A stretch of DNA of 63,876 bases, the filler included, from Reticulomyxa filosa (taxonomy: Eukaryota > Protista > Foraminifera): NCBI GenBank assembly GCA_000512085.1. It is 25 parts of 25 records of this genome, joined end to end, with 100 filler letters (N's around TTAATTAATTAA, not from the genome) between each part and the next. Parts side by side here need not be neighbours in the genome. Positions count along the whole stretch, not along the records: positions 1 to 1,153 come from ASPP01039673.1; positions 1,254 to 2,290 come from ASPP01034378.1; positions 2,391 to 9,153 come from ASPP01004321.1; positions 9,254 to 10,792 come from ASPP01019000.1; positions 10,893 to 12,127 come from ASPP01007747.1; positions 12,228 to 16,977 come from ASPP01006711.1; 19 more parts are not named here. One strand, 5' to 3'. The translations under genes and the position numbers were made by a program. How positions within the stretch are numbered: position 1 is the first letter of the stretch; each line of letters starts with the position of its first letter. Positions 1-12,279 of this stretch are shown in pieces. Below the pieces are notes generated by a model. The model was given only the letters and a program-made list of their open reading frames with translations, was not told the DNA's origin and did not search any database.

Positions 1-279
1 TTTAAAAATATTGGCAGAAATGTGTTTGCATATTTTGAAATAAATTTTGATTATACACATCGAGTAATAATGCTATTGACTAAATGCAATTGAATCGAAT
101 ATCTCTTCTATTCAATTATAACAGAGGATTGGTGTAAAAATATTTTATTATGTTACGTTGATAAACAAACAAAAAAGAACAAAGTGTTCAAAAGGAAATG
201 GAAAATACAGAAATTGGAGATATTTGGCTTTAAAAAAAATAATACAATTTTTTAATAGTGTAGTGATACTACTTACGTC

Positions 280-457
280 AGAGCTACCACTCTCAATATC
301 ATCCAAATTAATTGAAACAAACTTTTGGTACTGTCATACGTATTGGAGGAACCAAAGTTATAGAAATAAAAGTAAAAAAGGGAGAATTGCAATTTATGGT
401 ATTGAATTATCATTGGATGATATCAAAAAAATTGATCCAAAACCATTTAACAAATAA
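280..457 (+). pseudogene. Decayed 3' end of a glycine-rich repeat family gene (paralog of 44545-44985)
   Basis: Reads HSQYHPN*LKQTFGTVIRIGG, then a 1-nt frameshift near 350, then NQSYRNKSKKGRIAIYGIELSLDDIKKIDPKPFNK*. This aligns to QSQFYPDILEQTLGTITCIGGNQNQTNEGGKGRIAIYGIELSPDNILKINPKPFNR at 44545-44720. Confidence 0.8.
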
Positions 458-1153
458 TTCTATTGTATTTCTTTATTTTTAAATTTTTCAATTAAAATGC
501 TTTTTGTTTCTTCCAATTTCAATTTATTTTTTAATTTGGAAGTTTAGTATCGAACGCTTAAAACAAGATAGCGTAAAAAGGACAACAAGGTGCATTATCA
601 AAAACAACATTTCTCCTGGAGTCAAGATATGAACGATTAGTAATTCAAAAAAATGCAATCAGATAAAGAGATTCTCCAATATCTCAGAATAATTTAGAGA
701 TTAAAACAAAAGTTTGCAAATAATACATTATTGATTATTGATTTATCAAATGTCTGAAAAAGATTATTATTTAATCATTTTGAATGATTAAAATAAAATA
801 ATGAAAATATATTTGCATGTGTTAAATAAACAATTTATATCTTTATATTAAATTAAACTCCAACATTTACATTTGTAATACTTGTAATAAATGTTTCTTT
901 ATTTTTCTTTTCATTTATCACTTTGAAGTGACAATGTCAGATTTTTTTTTCCTAAAAAAAAAACTCGTGCAAAAACATTTTTCAGAGTCGACAAGAGTTT
1001 TTTGTATGCTATTTAAATTCCTGTTTGTATGGGATACCCCAAATTCCATCAAACGAACAACGTCGGCAAACAAAACCATTAGAATGCTATTTCGCAACTT
1101 GTTGTGATAAGCCTTTCTAAGTCTGCGTGCGTTGTTACTTTTAATAAGATTAT

Positions 1154-1253
1154 NNNNNNNNNNNNNNNNNNNNNNNNNNNNNNNNNNNNNNNNNNNNTTA
1201 ATTAATTAANNNNNNNNNNNNNNNNNNNNNNNNNNNNNNNNNNNNNNNNNNNN
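1154..1253. other. Artificial contig-joining spacer (first of 24)
   Basis: N44-TTAATTAATTAA-N44, which has stops in all six frames. The identical 100-bp unit starts at 1154, 2291, 9154, 10793, 12128, 16978, 19294, 20700, 22283, 24758, 27330, 28678, 29901, 38215, 40521, 43654, 44986, 46313, 48126, 51500, 53235, 55429, 59364 and 60790. Confidence 0.99.
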
Positions 1254-2290
1254 AGGATTTCAATTCTTTCCAGATCATTTGGAAAGATGGATATATGCTA
1301 ACATACAAAGAACCATTGAATCCTTATTCAATGACTTTAAAACAAGGAATTCAACATTTCAAAGATAAATTACGAAAAATAGAGCGTTTTATCCATGGAA
1401 AAGATAAACTAATATTTCAAAGGTGAATTTAATAAATGTGAGCCATCAATTGTATCAAATATGAATAATGATGTATTGTTACATGATATTTACAAACACC
1501 TTCCCCATTATCCAATGATTCAAGTTTATTGAAAAATAAACCATCGTTCTATGGTACCATATAAACGTACAATTGGGATGGAAGGAGTAAGTTTGTTAAA
1601 GCGTATCCCAGAAATAATTGTTCTATCAAACAAAAAATTTGCATTCAATCCATTCCTATATGAATGTGATTTTCACAAATTGAAAGCCATTCAAGATACC
1701 CTTCATTTCAACACACAAATAAAAAACAAGAAGAAAAAAGACTTTATAAAAAAATTAAACGAAAAATTCATTATAATGAAAATAATCCAAATGAATTAAA
1801 ATTAAATGGTAAATTATTAACAATATTAAATGGTGTGAAGAAAGTATATCATAATGATATTCATAAACATATTGGATATCCACTTCAATTACATGAAATC
1901 TGTGCAATATTATTGCATTGTGGCACATCATGCAATTTTGAATTTGGTTATGATCAGATCACATTTAAACATTGTAAATGGCCTTATTTAGATAATTATT
2001 TGCAGAGTGCTATTAACACTTTGCATAAACATGAAAGAAGAGAAGAAAATGAAATGGAATTATATTGTAAATTGAAAGATGTGCGATTGGAGAATATTGA
2101 AAAAAAAATTAAAGCAGGATATTTTATTAGCCATGTAAGTGCTTCTGATAATTTACAAATCATACAAATACATAAAAATGATCAGTTATGTATTTTGCAT
2201 TTTTATCCTTCTATGAGACGATCACCTAAAATATTTAGTTATGATTTATCATGGATATCTCCACGCGAACATGAGCGTGAAATTTTGTTT
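1254..2290 (+). pseudogene. Disrupted gene with a C-terminal ADP-ribosyltransferase-like (R-S-E clade) domain
   Basis: The motifs ELYCKL ... FISHVSAS ... SWISPREHEREILF match the order and spacing of ART [LV]YRG / F-x-STS / S-x-x-S-x3-E-x-E-h-L-F. The upstream coding region has a frameshift near 1420, an in-frame TGA near 1530 and another frame break before 1835. Truncated at the contig end. Confidence 0.6.
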
Positions 2291-3069
2291 NNNNNNNNNN
2301 NNNNNNNNNNNNNNNNNNNNNNNNNNNNNNNNNNTTAATTAATTAANNNNNNNNNNNNNNNNNNNNNNNNNNNNNNNNNNNNNNNNNNNNTCAATGGTGG
2401 TGAATGGTAATATACTATGCATATCAGAATACAAAAACCAACCTTGCCAAAATGCATTGATGATATTTTGAAGTCATTTTACAAGGAATCACTAGATAAC
2501 AATTAAAAAAAATGTTCATACAAAGTTGTCAGACCAAGTTTATCACGTAAGTCTCTAGTAGTAATGGTGCAGCAAACACTCATAGAAATGATTGCAATGT
2601 GTAATGAATCAGACTGCTTATGATATAGTCAATGTTATTTCCCAAATTATGACAAATATATTAAGAGTTGAAGTTGTTCTCATGGTCATGTCGATTCAAT
2701 GATCATAATCTTGTGTTAGCAAAAGACTAATCTGAGTTATATATCATATCTTGGTAAATTGTCGTTGTTGTATCCATTAAACTGAAATTGTAGTGCCAAC
2801 AGTTTAACTATATTTACATCCAATCCATACACGCAAATTGCGATCAAATAAATCAACATTTGCGATCTTCAATTAGACAATATCAGATTAGATTCTGTTT
2901 TCGTTGGATTTTGATCGCATTGCAATATTTTGTTATAGAAGCACACTCCCAAATCCTGTAATTGTAGTTACATGACTTGTCATTCAAGATCCATATATGC
3001 CACAAAATTGAATCCCTTCTTCACATAGCAATAGAACAGACATTGGATTTTTTAAGGAATTAATATTCC

Positions 3070-4000
3070 TAGACATTTAACACCATATTATTAACTTGAT
3101 TTATGCACAATCATTTGATAATATTTTATTGCATTTATTGATATTTGAAGATCATTTATCAATTAATTACTGTCAAAAAAAAGGTTTTCATGTCTTGTAT
3201 CCATTTGATATAAAAATGAAATTCTTGATTGCTGCTTACCATGTTTCTCTAATGTCTCGATAATGTGGACATTCCATTAATAAATGTTCCACAGTTTCTT
3301 CTTCATTTTCACACCATTTGCAAGAAATCAATCCCACTTTACCTTTAATCCCTATTGCTAGTAAATTTTTTATAGTAATATAAAAAATTTTTATACTAGT
3401 TGCCAAACGAAGATGTCGTAAACAATTCAACTCATCCATTGAATTGATATAGATCTTGATGAACAATCATGTTCATCTAAGTCCTGGATCTGGTTCGCGT
3501 TAATATCACGCTTGTACTTTCGCTCAATATCTCTTCTTATGTTTGTTTACTATATTTATCGAACTGAAACTTGATTGATGTAGTCAGACTGCACATTCAT
3601 ATTCCAATGATTACCTTATATTGTTTTGTATAACAAATTATACACATTCAAAATTGTATGTATTCGTTTATAAACACATTAATGTCAAATAACCAAGTTT
3701 CTTTAATTATTTACCAGTTAATGTGTTGCTAGAATTTCATTTGCTGACCAACAGTTAATTTCAATTATTTCATTTGATCATCTTTTTAAATGTCATTTCC
3801 ATCAAATTTGAATTTCATCTTTGTATATTTTCTTTTGTTCTTCATTTTGAATTTAATCGATTTAGTTTTATATCTATAAAATAATATTTTCCATTTTGAT
3901 TCCCATAATGACACATTACACAAACTTGTTTAAATCAATTCCAATTGCCTTTACATTTCCTTTTCATCACTTTTTTTATTATCGCTTAATACATTCTTCT
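3070..4000 (-). mobile_element. Degenerate non-LTR retrotransposon (LINE) ORF2 relic
   Basis: Minus-strand translation gives RT C-terminal/thumb motifs: SLCNVSLWESKWKILF..KTKSIKF..KFDGNDI*KDDQMK*LKLTVGQQMKF*QHINW (about 3930-3715) and LLYKTI/R*SLEYECAV* (about 3640-3585; cf. LYK..IRP.LEY.C.VW). The CCHC knuckle CKWCENEEETVEHLLMECPHY lies at about 3325-3260. Many stops and an internal deletion. Confidence 0.85.
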
Positions 4001-4609
4001 CTTTGTTTATTGACATAAATTTAGCATAGTCTGACATATTTTGCAATTTCTCCAATATTCTGCGATATCATACAAAAATTTTGCAAGATTGCACTATATA
4101 TATACCAAAAAATTTTTAGAAAAGTCTTCAAACGTTTTCCAAATGCTATTGCTCTGTTTGTTCACCTTTTTTTGTTCTATTTGGTCTTTTTTTCTATGAT
4201 AAATACACAAAAACAAATTCAATTTCAATATTTTTATATTCAATATCTAATGATTTCCCAAATTATTGCAGTTATAAAATAATATCAAATTATCAGAAAT
4301 ACCTTCGTACAATCAAAATTCCAAAATATATAAAGTTAACAAATTTTGATATTTCTAAGAATTAAATATCGAGAATATAATATAAAGTATCAAATAACCA
4401 TAAACGTCCAAGTATACTGCTTGTACAAATTTTTCAGCGAAGTTGAAATGATGAATTGGACTAAATATTTTTTTTATGCTAAAAGATACTATTAGTAAAA
4501 AAGAGAAAGTATTGTTGTGATAGTTTATCCTACTTGTTAATTCGATTTTGACATTTGCATTTTAGACAAAGCAAATTAAAAAATTATCACCAATGATTCT
4601 AAATGAAAG

Positions 4610-5690
4610 ATTTTTTCGGGAATTTGCGCCTTGCTCTAATTTGTTCTCTACGTTTGGAGTTTATTCATCAAAAGATGAAAATTACTTGTGATATTCCTTC
4701 ATTTGTGCAAATTGAACTCTTCCACTGTCGACCAACCCATATGACCATTAGGTTCTTTGATTTTGACATTCATGTTCATCTTGAAACTGTCGAATCTTCT
4801 CCAATATCATATAATTGAATTTGGCGTCAAGACATCGAGGATATGCGTCAATTATTTTTCAATTACCACTTCCATTTTGTGGAATCAGCTCATAGTAGCC
4901 TTTACGTAAGCTTGGTTTGTATTATTGCTTCATTTGCCATGAATACAAATATTCATCCAAATCTTCTGTCAGAATAAGCAAAGGAGCTCGATCTCAATCG
5001 ATCACTGGTAAAGTACGTATCACCAGTCACTTGACTATATGCATCATTGCTATGTCTATTATTCGAACATGCACTTGTGCATTGAAACAAATATAGATGA
5101 AGAGCGAAACAAATAAAAATAACTATCGATTCCAACACGCCATCGCTCCAGCAGGCAATAATTTTATTGTATCCAAGTCATAAGTGATTTTATATTTTCG
5201 GCGCATTTCATCTTCCCAAAAGATGAAATCAATGGTTTCCATAAACAGTCCAAATGTTTTGATCATAGTTTCTTTGTTCCATTTCTGAGGAAATCGTCGA
5301 TGCATTGACAATAATATTTTCTTTGTTTTTTCACTGAGTATACGTTTGTTGCGGAGCTCATAACGCTCTTGAAAATCGTTCCAGACAAGTAATGGATCGG
5401 TTTCACTTCGTTGAACGGAGGAATTGGATATGTTCCGCTTTGCTTCGCACAAATGATCGTCTTTCTCCGCCCAGTGGGCCGCCTGATGTGCATGATAACT
5501 GTGCTTTGAAAAACCCTCACTATTCAAAACATATACACAAGTTTCTCTTCCAAATAGTCGGAAACCAGAATTTTCAATTTTTTTCGCTGTGCCCTTGTCA
5601 CATATGCCAAATCATTTTTTTAAACTGTCCAATTTTTTCAAAAATGACGTCTTCGGCAACTTTTTCGTCATAGGCTTGCTCTAAACGATT
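4610..5690 (-). pseudogene. Decayed gene resembling mitoribosomal mS45 (Bot1p/GCD1-type helix-turn-helix region)
   Basis: RILSEKTKKILLSMHRRFPQKWNKETMIKTFGLFMETIDFIFWEDEMRR resembles the mS45/GCD1 pattern (LS.E.K..h..hH...P..W....h...F.h....h..I.W..E). A downstream fragment reads VKIKEPNGHMGWSTVEE. The flanking frames contain several stops. The family call is from motif memory only. Confidence 0.4.
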
Positions 5691-5853
5691 CAGGTCCGAT
5701 CTAGATTGTCTGCGTCATTAATTTAAGCAAGGTGAACCTGTTTTTAGAAAAACTTAGCAAAAGTTTGTACAACGCGTCTTGACTATGAAAAATTCTGACA
5801 TGTAGCATTTGCGCTTAAAGAAATACTTATTTTCAAATGTATAAGCAAAAAAC

Positions 5854-8746
5854 ATGAGAAATATATCCACACTACAACAATGTTTTTTTACTAACAGTTC
5901 AAAAGTGTGCACTTGTCTGCTGGTCACTATTTTCTAAACGAAGAAAAAACTTCAATATACTTTAAAAGAATTATTAATAAGATAAATAAAAATGCAGAGA
6001 TATGCACGAAATGCAGTCTATAGCGTTTTAAAAGATATGTCAAATGTACGTGTAGAAGATAGTTTAGATGAAATGGAAATAAAAAGTGGCGACTTGGTGT
6101 ATGTGGTGTCGCATATTCAAGAGGATGGAGAAAAAGACCGTCGTATGCTGTTATGCCGCCACATAGGATCAAAGAAAAAAGTGTTGCTGGACGAAAAGTG
6201 GTTGGAATTATTTAACATAAACGGATTGGTAGTGGAAATGAGTGAAACCATAAACGAATCGAGCTATAATTGGGATTCGGTATTACTAGCGACGAAAAAT
6301 GAAAAAATGAAGATATTGAGCACACAGCCCTCGTCGAGTGATTGGATCAAAGCGGAAAGATTCAACATGGAGCAAATCTTAAACCAATCAAAGTCTTGGA
6401 TGAAGCAGCCATCCCATCGCGGTTATGTCAAATGGAGCCATTGTCAATTGCTACTTCACAACTCAAAACAAAAGGATGAATTTCTGAAGCAATGTAAACT
6501 AAGCAAATAACAAACAAAACACATCATCACCAACAACCTTACATATTGATGCTAATGTTGAGAAGGGGGGGGAGGAGAGAGGAGAAAAAAAAGTCTATAC
6601 AAAAATACAGACAAACAAAAAAATAAAAAAAATGAAAAGATGCATTGGCAGAAGAAGAAAAAAATTCAAACAGTGAACTATTGAACGCCCCTCGGGATAT
6701 ACTGCGAACAGTGTGTTCGTTTCTATTTATTCACGATATCATAAGTTTGAAATTCACTTGCAAGTTTTTGCATAAGTTCATTTATAGCAATTTGACGTGG
6801 TGTTTTCACTCGTTCTTGTTTGGGCACTCGGTTCGGTATCGACTCTTCAAAATTCCGATTGCAAAGATTAAAGGTCAGAGTCAAGCCACAACCACAGTCA
6901 CAACATCCACATCCACGGCCACAACCAACGCCAACGAAGCCAAAGTTCTTACTGCGTCCGAAGTGTTCGGACTTCAAATCCCAATTCGATCCGTCAATGC
7001 CGATGGCCAAGTCTATCAAACTGTCTCAGATCTCAACGTATGTTTTTTTTTTAATGCAAATGAAAAGTGTGCATTGTTATATTGATGTTTGAAATAAATA
7101 AATAAATAAAAAACAATGGCTGATCAAAGAATGAATCAAAAAGCGTAGAGGAATTGGACACCACCGAATTTGGACCAAAGGCCTTGGATCTACGCTTTGT
7201 GCACACACTAGTGATTGATTGGTACGGAAAAGCCATGTCTGCGAATGACAATGGCAGTGCTGGACTTTATCTCAACGCCGCCAATCAGATCGGCAATATA
7301 AACACGAGTGGCTTAAGTAGTATTACCACTTTGAATAACAATAATCTCAGTCTTGGCACTTTCACATTGAACACCGAAAAAAATAGCGGCTTGTCATCGT
7401 GGAACGATTGCTTTTTTTTGCTGCATTGCTTTTCGAGACACTTATTTCATTTGAAAAAAATTCATATGAGTTGGGACTCGCATCGTCCCAATCAATTGTT
7501 CGAATCTTTGTTCGAGTACGGCGTATTCAACCCTTGGAAGTTAGTTGAGAATCAACTGCGCGGATGCTTGCAGCATTTGCACATGGACATCGATCAGACT
7601 GACATTGACCAGCGCTTGAACTGGGACAAAATTGGACACTCTCTTAAATATCTCCATGTCACGATGTCCAACATTAGTGCCTCTAGCGTCGAAAATAGTG
7701 GCCTGTTTTCACTCCTCAGCGCTTGTCCCAATTTACAAGTTCTCAGTCTCAAATATTCGCCCAAATGGGGTTTGTGTATGTTACTTGCTTTCTTAAAAAA
7801 AAAAGAAATTCTGATGACACTGTTGTATCGGTGATGATTGGTTGTTTGTCAAACAGTTTCGGAAATTGTGCCAATGATTCCAGTCAATTGGTCTGAAAAC
7901 AGTCTAAAAAATGTACTAAAAAATTTGTCCACGGTCCACACATTGATTTGGAATGGGAAAACTTGTTCAATGAACGAACCTTCGAAACTGTTTTTATTTG
8001 GGCTATTTAGTCAAGTGACAACATTCGTTGGAAAAAGTGATTTAAGCAAAATTAATGGACTGTTTCCTGATCTCAAAAAGTGCAAACAGCTTTGCGTGCT
8101 TTTGACTGCCAACAATACGCGTCATTTGATCGTTGTGCTCAACAAACTCATCTCTGCTCCATTGCAAATGCTAAGGATTAATTTTGAAAAAATTAAAACA
8201 TTGGATGGAGTTCCTAATGAATTTGGAATCGTTCCTTGCTCATTGGCTTTAAGCTTGAGCGAAAAAGTTTTTTTTAATTTGCAATTGGTTCGGCTGGCTT
8301 TTTTGGAAAATCTTGCCATTGTTTTTGATGCCAAAAATTTGGCCAAGTATTCTGATCCAAATCGTAACAATGGCTTGATGCCACATTTAAAATATGTTGC
8401 AGTACGCGGAAATGTGGCTGTCAAATCCAATTTTACAAGTGATCAAAGAACCTTTATTGTTAAATTACGACAGCTTGTCACTGTCATGAGCACATTACAC
8501 TGCAATTTTGCCATTTTATTAGACGCTAGGGAGGGTGGGAGAGATTCCTTTGACAGCAATTCTATCAGTCACATGGATCTCTCCAACAAATATTTCCGTG
8601 AAAAAGATTTATTTAATATCGATCTTATTCCATCTTTCGTTGATATGGTCAAATCTTTGAATTTGGAAATTGATGTTGTTGGAAATGGTATTCAATTGAT
8701 CATTCGTAAAGGACAGCAGGTGGAATTTCATCATTTTGAGTATTGA
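5854..8746 (+). CDS. F-box protein with a probable LRR-like C-terminal region (spliced)
   Basis: F-box motif LLNAPRDILRTVCSFLFIHDIISLKFTCKFLHKFI. Phase-compatible GT-AG introns at 5905-5997, 6494-6639, 7038-7129 and 7770-7856 join ORFs 5992, 6645, 7154 and 7838. LRR-like text LLSACPNLQVLSL. The two 5' exons are less certain. Confidence 0.7.
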
Positions 8747-9253
8747 TCAAATGCTGGTGTGCAATCACCAATATGCTACTTACAAACATTTTCACACTAA
8801 AAATTAATTTCATTATTTCGGTGTTGATAAGGCGCAACACACTGATTGATAATATTTTCAACAAAAATAAAGATAGTCTATATAGATATTTATGTATTAC
8901 CTTCGCAATGGGTTTTTTATCAAAGTGAAATTTTTTTCAAATTCCACTTTTTCTTTATATATCAAATTTTGCAATTTTTAGATAAATATAGACATTGTAT
9001 CAACACTGAATCTTTTCGAACCTGAATTTTCAAATAATAAATAATTATTGTTCTAAACAAAGTCTTTACATCAATCAGTAATATCTAATACGAACCATAT
9101 TTTTTTTTAAAAAAAATATTTCAATTAAGTATTATATATTATTCATAAATATTNNNNNNNNNNNNNNNNNNNNNNNNNNNNNNNNNNNNNNNNNNNNTTA
9201 ATTAATTAANNNNNNNNNNNNNNNNNNNNNNNNNNNNNNNNNNNNNNNNNNNN

Positions 9254-9736
9254 TTCTGGATCATTAGATAATACTATTCGAATATGGGATATTGAAACAA
9301 CCAAACAATTAAATGTATTTAAAGGACATAATAGTTATGTAAGGAGTGTGAAATATGGATCAAATGCATTAATGAATATAATATTATCTGGATCAATTGA
9401 TAAAAGTGTTCGTTTGTGGGATATTCGATCTGATCGACAAATTCAAGAGTTCAATGGACATACAGATCAAGTATTTGCTGTTGAATATTCACCATTTGTA
9501 ATAAAGAATAATGGTGGTAATTCAAACGTGATATGCTCTGGCTCAAGTGATAGTACAATTCGTTTTGGGATATTCGATCAAATAAGAATGAAGTATTTGT
9601 AATCAAAGGAGATAATGGGATATTGTGTCTTAAATTTATTGAATTAAAAAAGAAAGAGAAGAATAGCGAAAATGTTAAATATGATTTGAATTTGTGTTAT
9701 GGTTTACGCAATGGTCCCATTCGTATTTGGGGATAA
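9254..9736 (+). CDS. WD40-repeat protein, 3' part (expanded family; one frameshift)
   Basis: Reads SGSLDNTIRIWD..GHNSYVRSVKY..SGSIDKSVRLWDIRS..GHTDQVFAVEYSPF..SGSSDSTIRF, then a missing T near 9565, then WDIRSNK..NLCYGLRNGPIRIWG*. Either a sequencing error or a pseudogene. Confidence 0.9.
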
Positions 9737-10475
9737 TTTGCATTTTGTCCAATAAAAATGAAATTGTTTTTTATTTAAAAGGTTTGATTTTATTTTATTG
9801 AATTCAAGTATTGAAAGAAATATCTTTTTTTGTTGTTGTTTAAAAAAAATTAAAAATCTGTGTTCAATGTTTTTTAAAGAATTCAAATGAAAATTATAAC
9901 AAAATATCAAAATATCAAAATAAATTGCAAGATATTTGAAGTATTTGCGTTTTTTAGTTTTACACAGCATCGAACACGATTATCTTTTTATTAATTCATG
10001 ATGTATATCTTTTTTGTTTCAAAGAACCAAGAGTATTATTAAAAACTTGAAATATTGTTAATCTTTTCAAAGCATACAATTATGCAATTTTGACCAATAA
10101 ATATCTTTAAAAAGAATTAAATTAATCTTTATAAAAATTTTACTCAAACGAATAGTGAATTGCAGAAAATAAATATTGATTATTTTCATCGATCAAAGCA
10201 ATAACTATACTTTTTAAACTCAATTCATTTTCATTTTATTAAGAAAGTAGCATAATCCATACTTTGTCCAAATAACAACTATCAATTCGAGATGATCCCG
10301 AATTGCCTTATTATTTGAGATAGATAATAGAATAAGATATTAAATATGAAATTAAATCATCTTTTTATGTTTGTAACAGAATCTCTTTATAATAAAAAAA
10401 GAAATAATTGAAGTATATTTATATTTATATGTTTACAGAAAAATAATCAAATTTTCCCTGTGATTGAAAAACATT

Positions 10476-10792
10476 TTATCCCCAAATACAAAGCAAACCA
10501 TTATTCATAACATAACATAGATTAATTTCATTTCTTTTCTTTTGTAATTGTATAAATTTGAGACAAAATATTTCATTATCTCTTCTAATAACATACAATT
10601 CTTTCTTATTTGATCGAATATCCCAAAATCGAATTGTTTTATTACTTGATCCAGAACAAATCACATTTAAATTACCATCAATAGCTTCATTACTATTCTT
10701 TATCACAAATGGTGAATATTCAACAACATATATTGAATTTGTATGTCTATTGAACATTTGAATCTGTTCACCAGATCGAATATCCCACAAAC
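10476..10792 (-). CDS. WD40-repeat protein, 3' part (same family, convergent with 9254-9736)
   Basis: WDIRSGEQIQMFNRHTNSIYVVEYSPF..NVICSGSSNKTIRFWDIRSNK..NLCYVMNNGLLCIWG*. Confidence 0.92.
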
Positions 10793-11041
10793 NNNNNNNN
10801 NNNNNNNNNNNNNNNNNNNNNNNNNNNNNNNNNNNNTTAATTAATTAANNNNNNNNNNNNNNNNNNNNNNNNNNNNNNNNNNNNNNNNNNNNAGACATAT
10901 ATGTATATATATATACACGTACATACATACATGCATATATACGTACATATACACATGCATATATACGTGCATGCATATATACATATAATCAAATACACAC
11001 ACACACACATACACTTTTGTTAATTGGGCAATTACAAACAG

Positions 11042-12069
11042 AGATCAAATATACTGCACCATTGCGTGGACAATATTGCCAAGGGTATTGTGTACGAGAG
11101 ATTCCGTTCCAAGGTTCCTCTACAACATCGCCAAGGCGTGCAATGGACTTTTTGTGGACATGCCGCTCACTATTCTTGTTTGAAGCAATACATTAACAAT
11201 AACAGTACAATAAACGAGGATATCACAGCCTCCGATTTTTTCTGTCCTACTTGCAAAGTTTCGCGATTTCGCACTTTGTATATATATATATATATATATG
11301 TGTATATATATATATATGTACATATACAAAAAGGGACAATACCTTGGCTTATGAACAAATACCACAGACAGTGTCCAACTTTTTACTTCCCTTGATGAAG
11401 GTGCATCAAGACCCACTTATTGTGAAAAAGCGGTTTGACATTTGTGGTGAGCAAGGTCTGCTCATTCCAGAAGCGAATTATTTTTCAAAGTTTCAATCCT
11501 TGCACTCCAAAGATCAATCGGAGATTGATGATTTCGACGCGGCGAGTAGTTTCGAAGAATTTCTTTCTTTGTTGTCATTGTCTCTGCCTGCATACAGTAT
11601 GTATGACATTCGAAATAACGAAATAGTTGAGTTTTTATTGGACATGGAAGAACGCAAAGCAGAAAACGACAAAAAAGCGAAGAGTACATTTCTATCCAAG
11701 CTATTGCACATATCGGAGGCGACCGAAAAGATATTGACAAACTCTTCAATAGACGATGCGTACCCATCTCTGTTGTGCGACATTTTGTCGTACAGCACGA
11801 GTTGTTTGGAAGCGCGATTTCGCATCTACCAACAAAAGGAAATTCAGGAGCAATTGCCAGTGCAGTTGCAAGCCAACCACACAGCTGTCGCAAGCGTGTG
11901 GAGACTGTTTACCACTCATATTTTGGGCGAAAAAATTGGAGCCGAATCGCCCATGTTCAGTGACAAGGGCATGAGTTTACTCGAGCAAAGCAGTTGGAAG
12001 CACCTCGCTGACATTTTTTCGCCTTGTCCATCTACTTCCAATAGTCAGAATGAATTGGTTATTCTTAAT
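11042..12069 (+). CDS. UBR1/2/3-type (N-recognin) E3 ubiquitin ligase, internal fragment with RING domain
   Basis: WTFCGHAAHYSCLKQY...FFCPTCK splices through phase-0 intron 11258-11367 to TVSNFLLP. This is the CGH..H..C...Y / CP.C....N..LP signature of UBR RING domains. Confidence 0.8.
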
Positions 12070-12093
12070 GTATTTTTTAAAAAAAAAATATAT

Positions 12094-12124
<31 letters not shown>

Positions 12125-12279
12125 TATNNNNNNNNNNNNNNNNNNNNNNNNNNNNNNNNNNNNNNNNNNNNTTAATTAATTAANNNNNNNNNNNNNNNNN
12201 NNNNNNNNNNNNNNNNNNNNNNNNNNNTGTGTGTGTGTGTGTGTGTATTTGTGAGAATATAAAGGTATTCTCCAAGTGA

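Noticed and set aside
1254-5690. Alternative genetic code (stop readthrough) suggested by in-frame stops
   Set aside because: The stops co-occur with frameshifts in decayed regions. Intact genes such as TOR have long stop-free exons, and genes here end in TAA, TAG or TGA.
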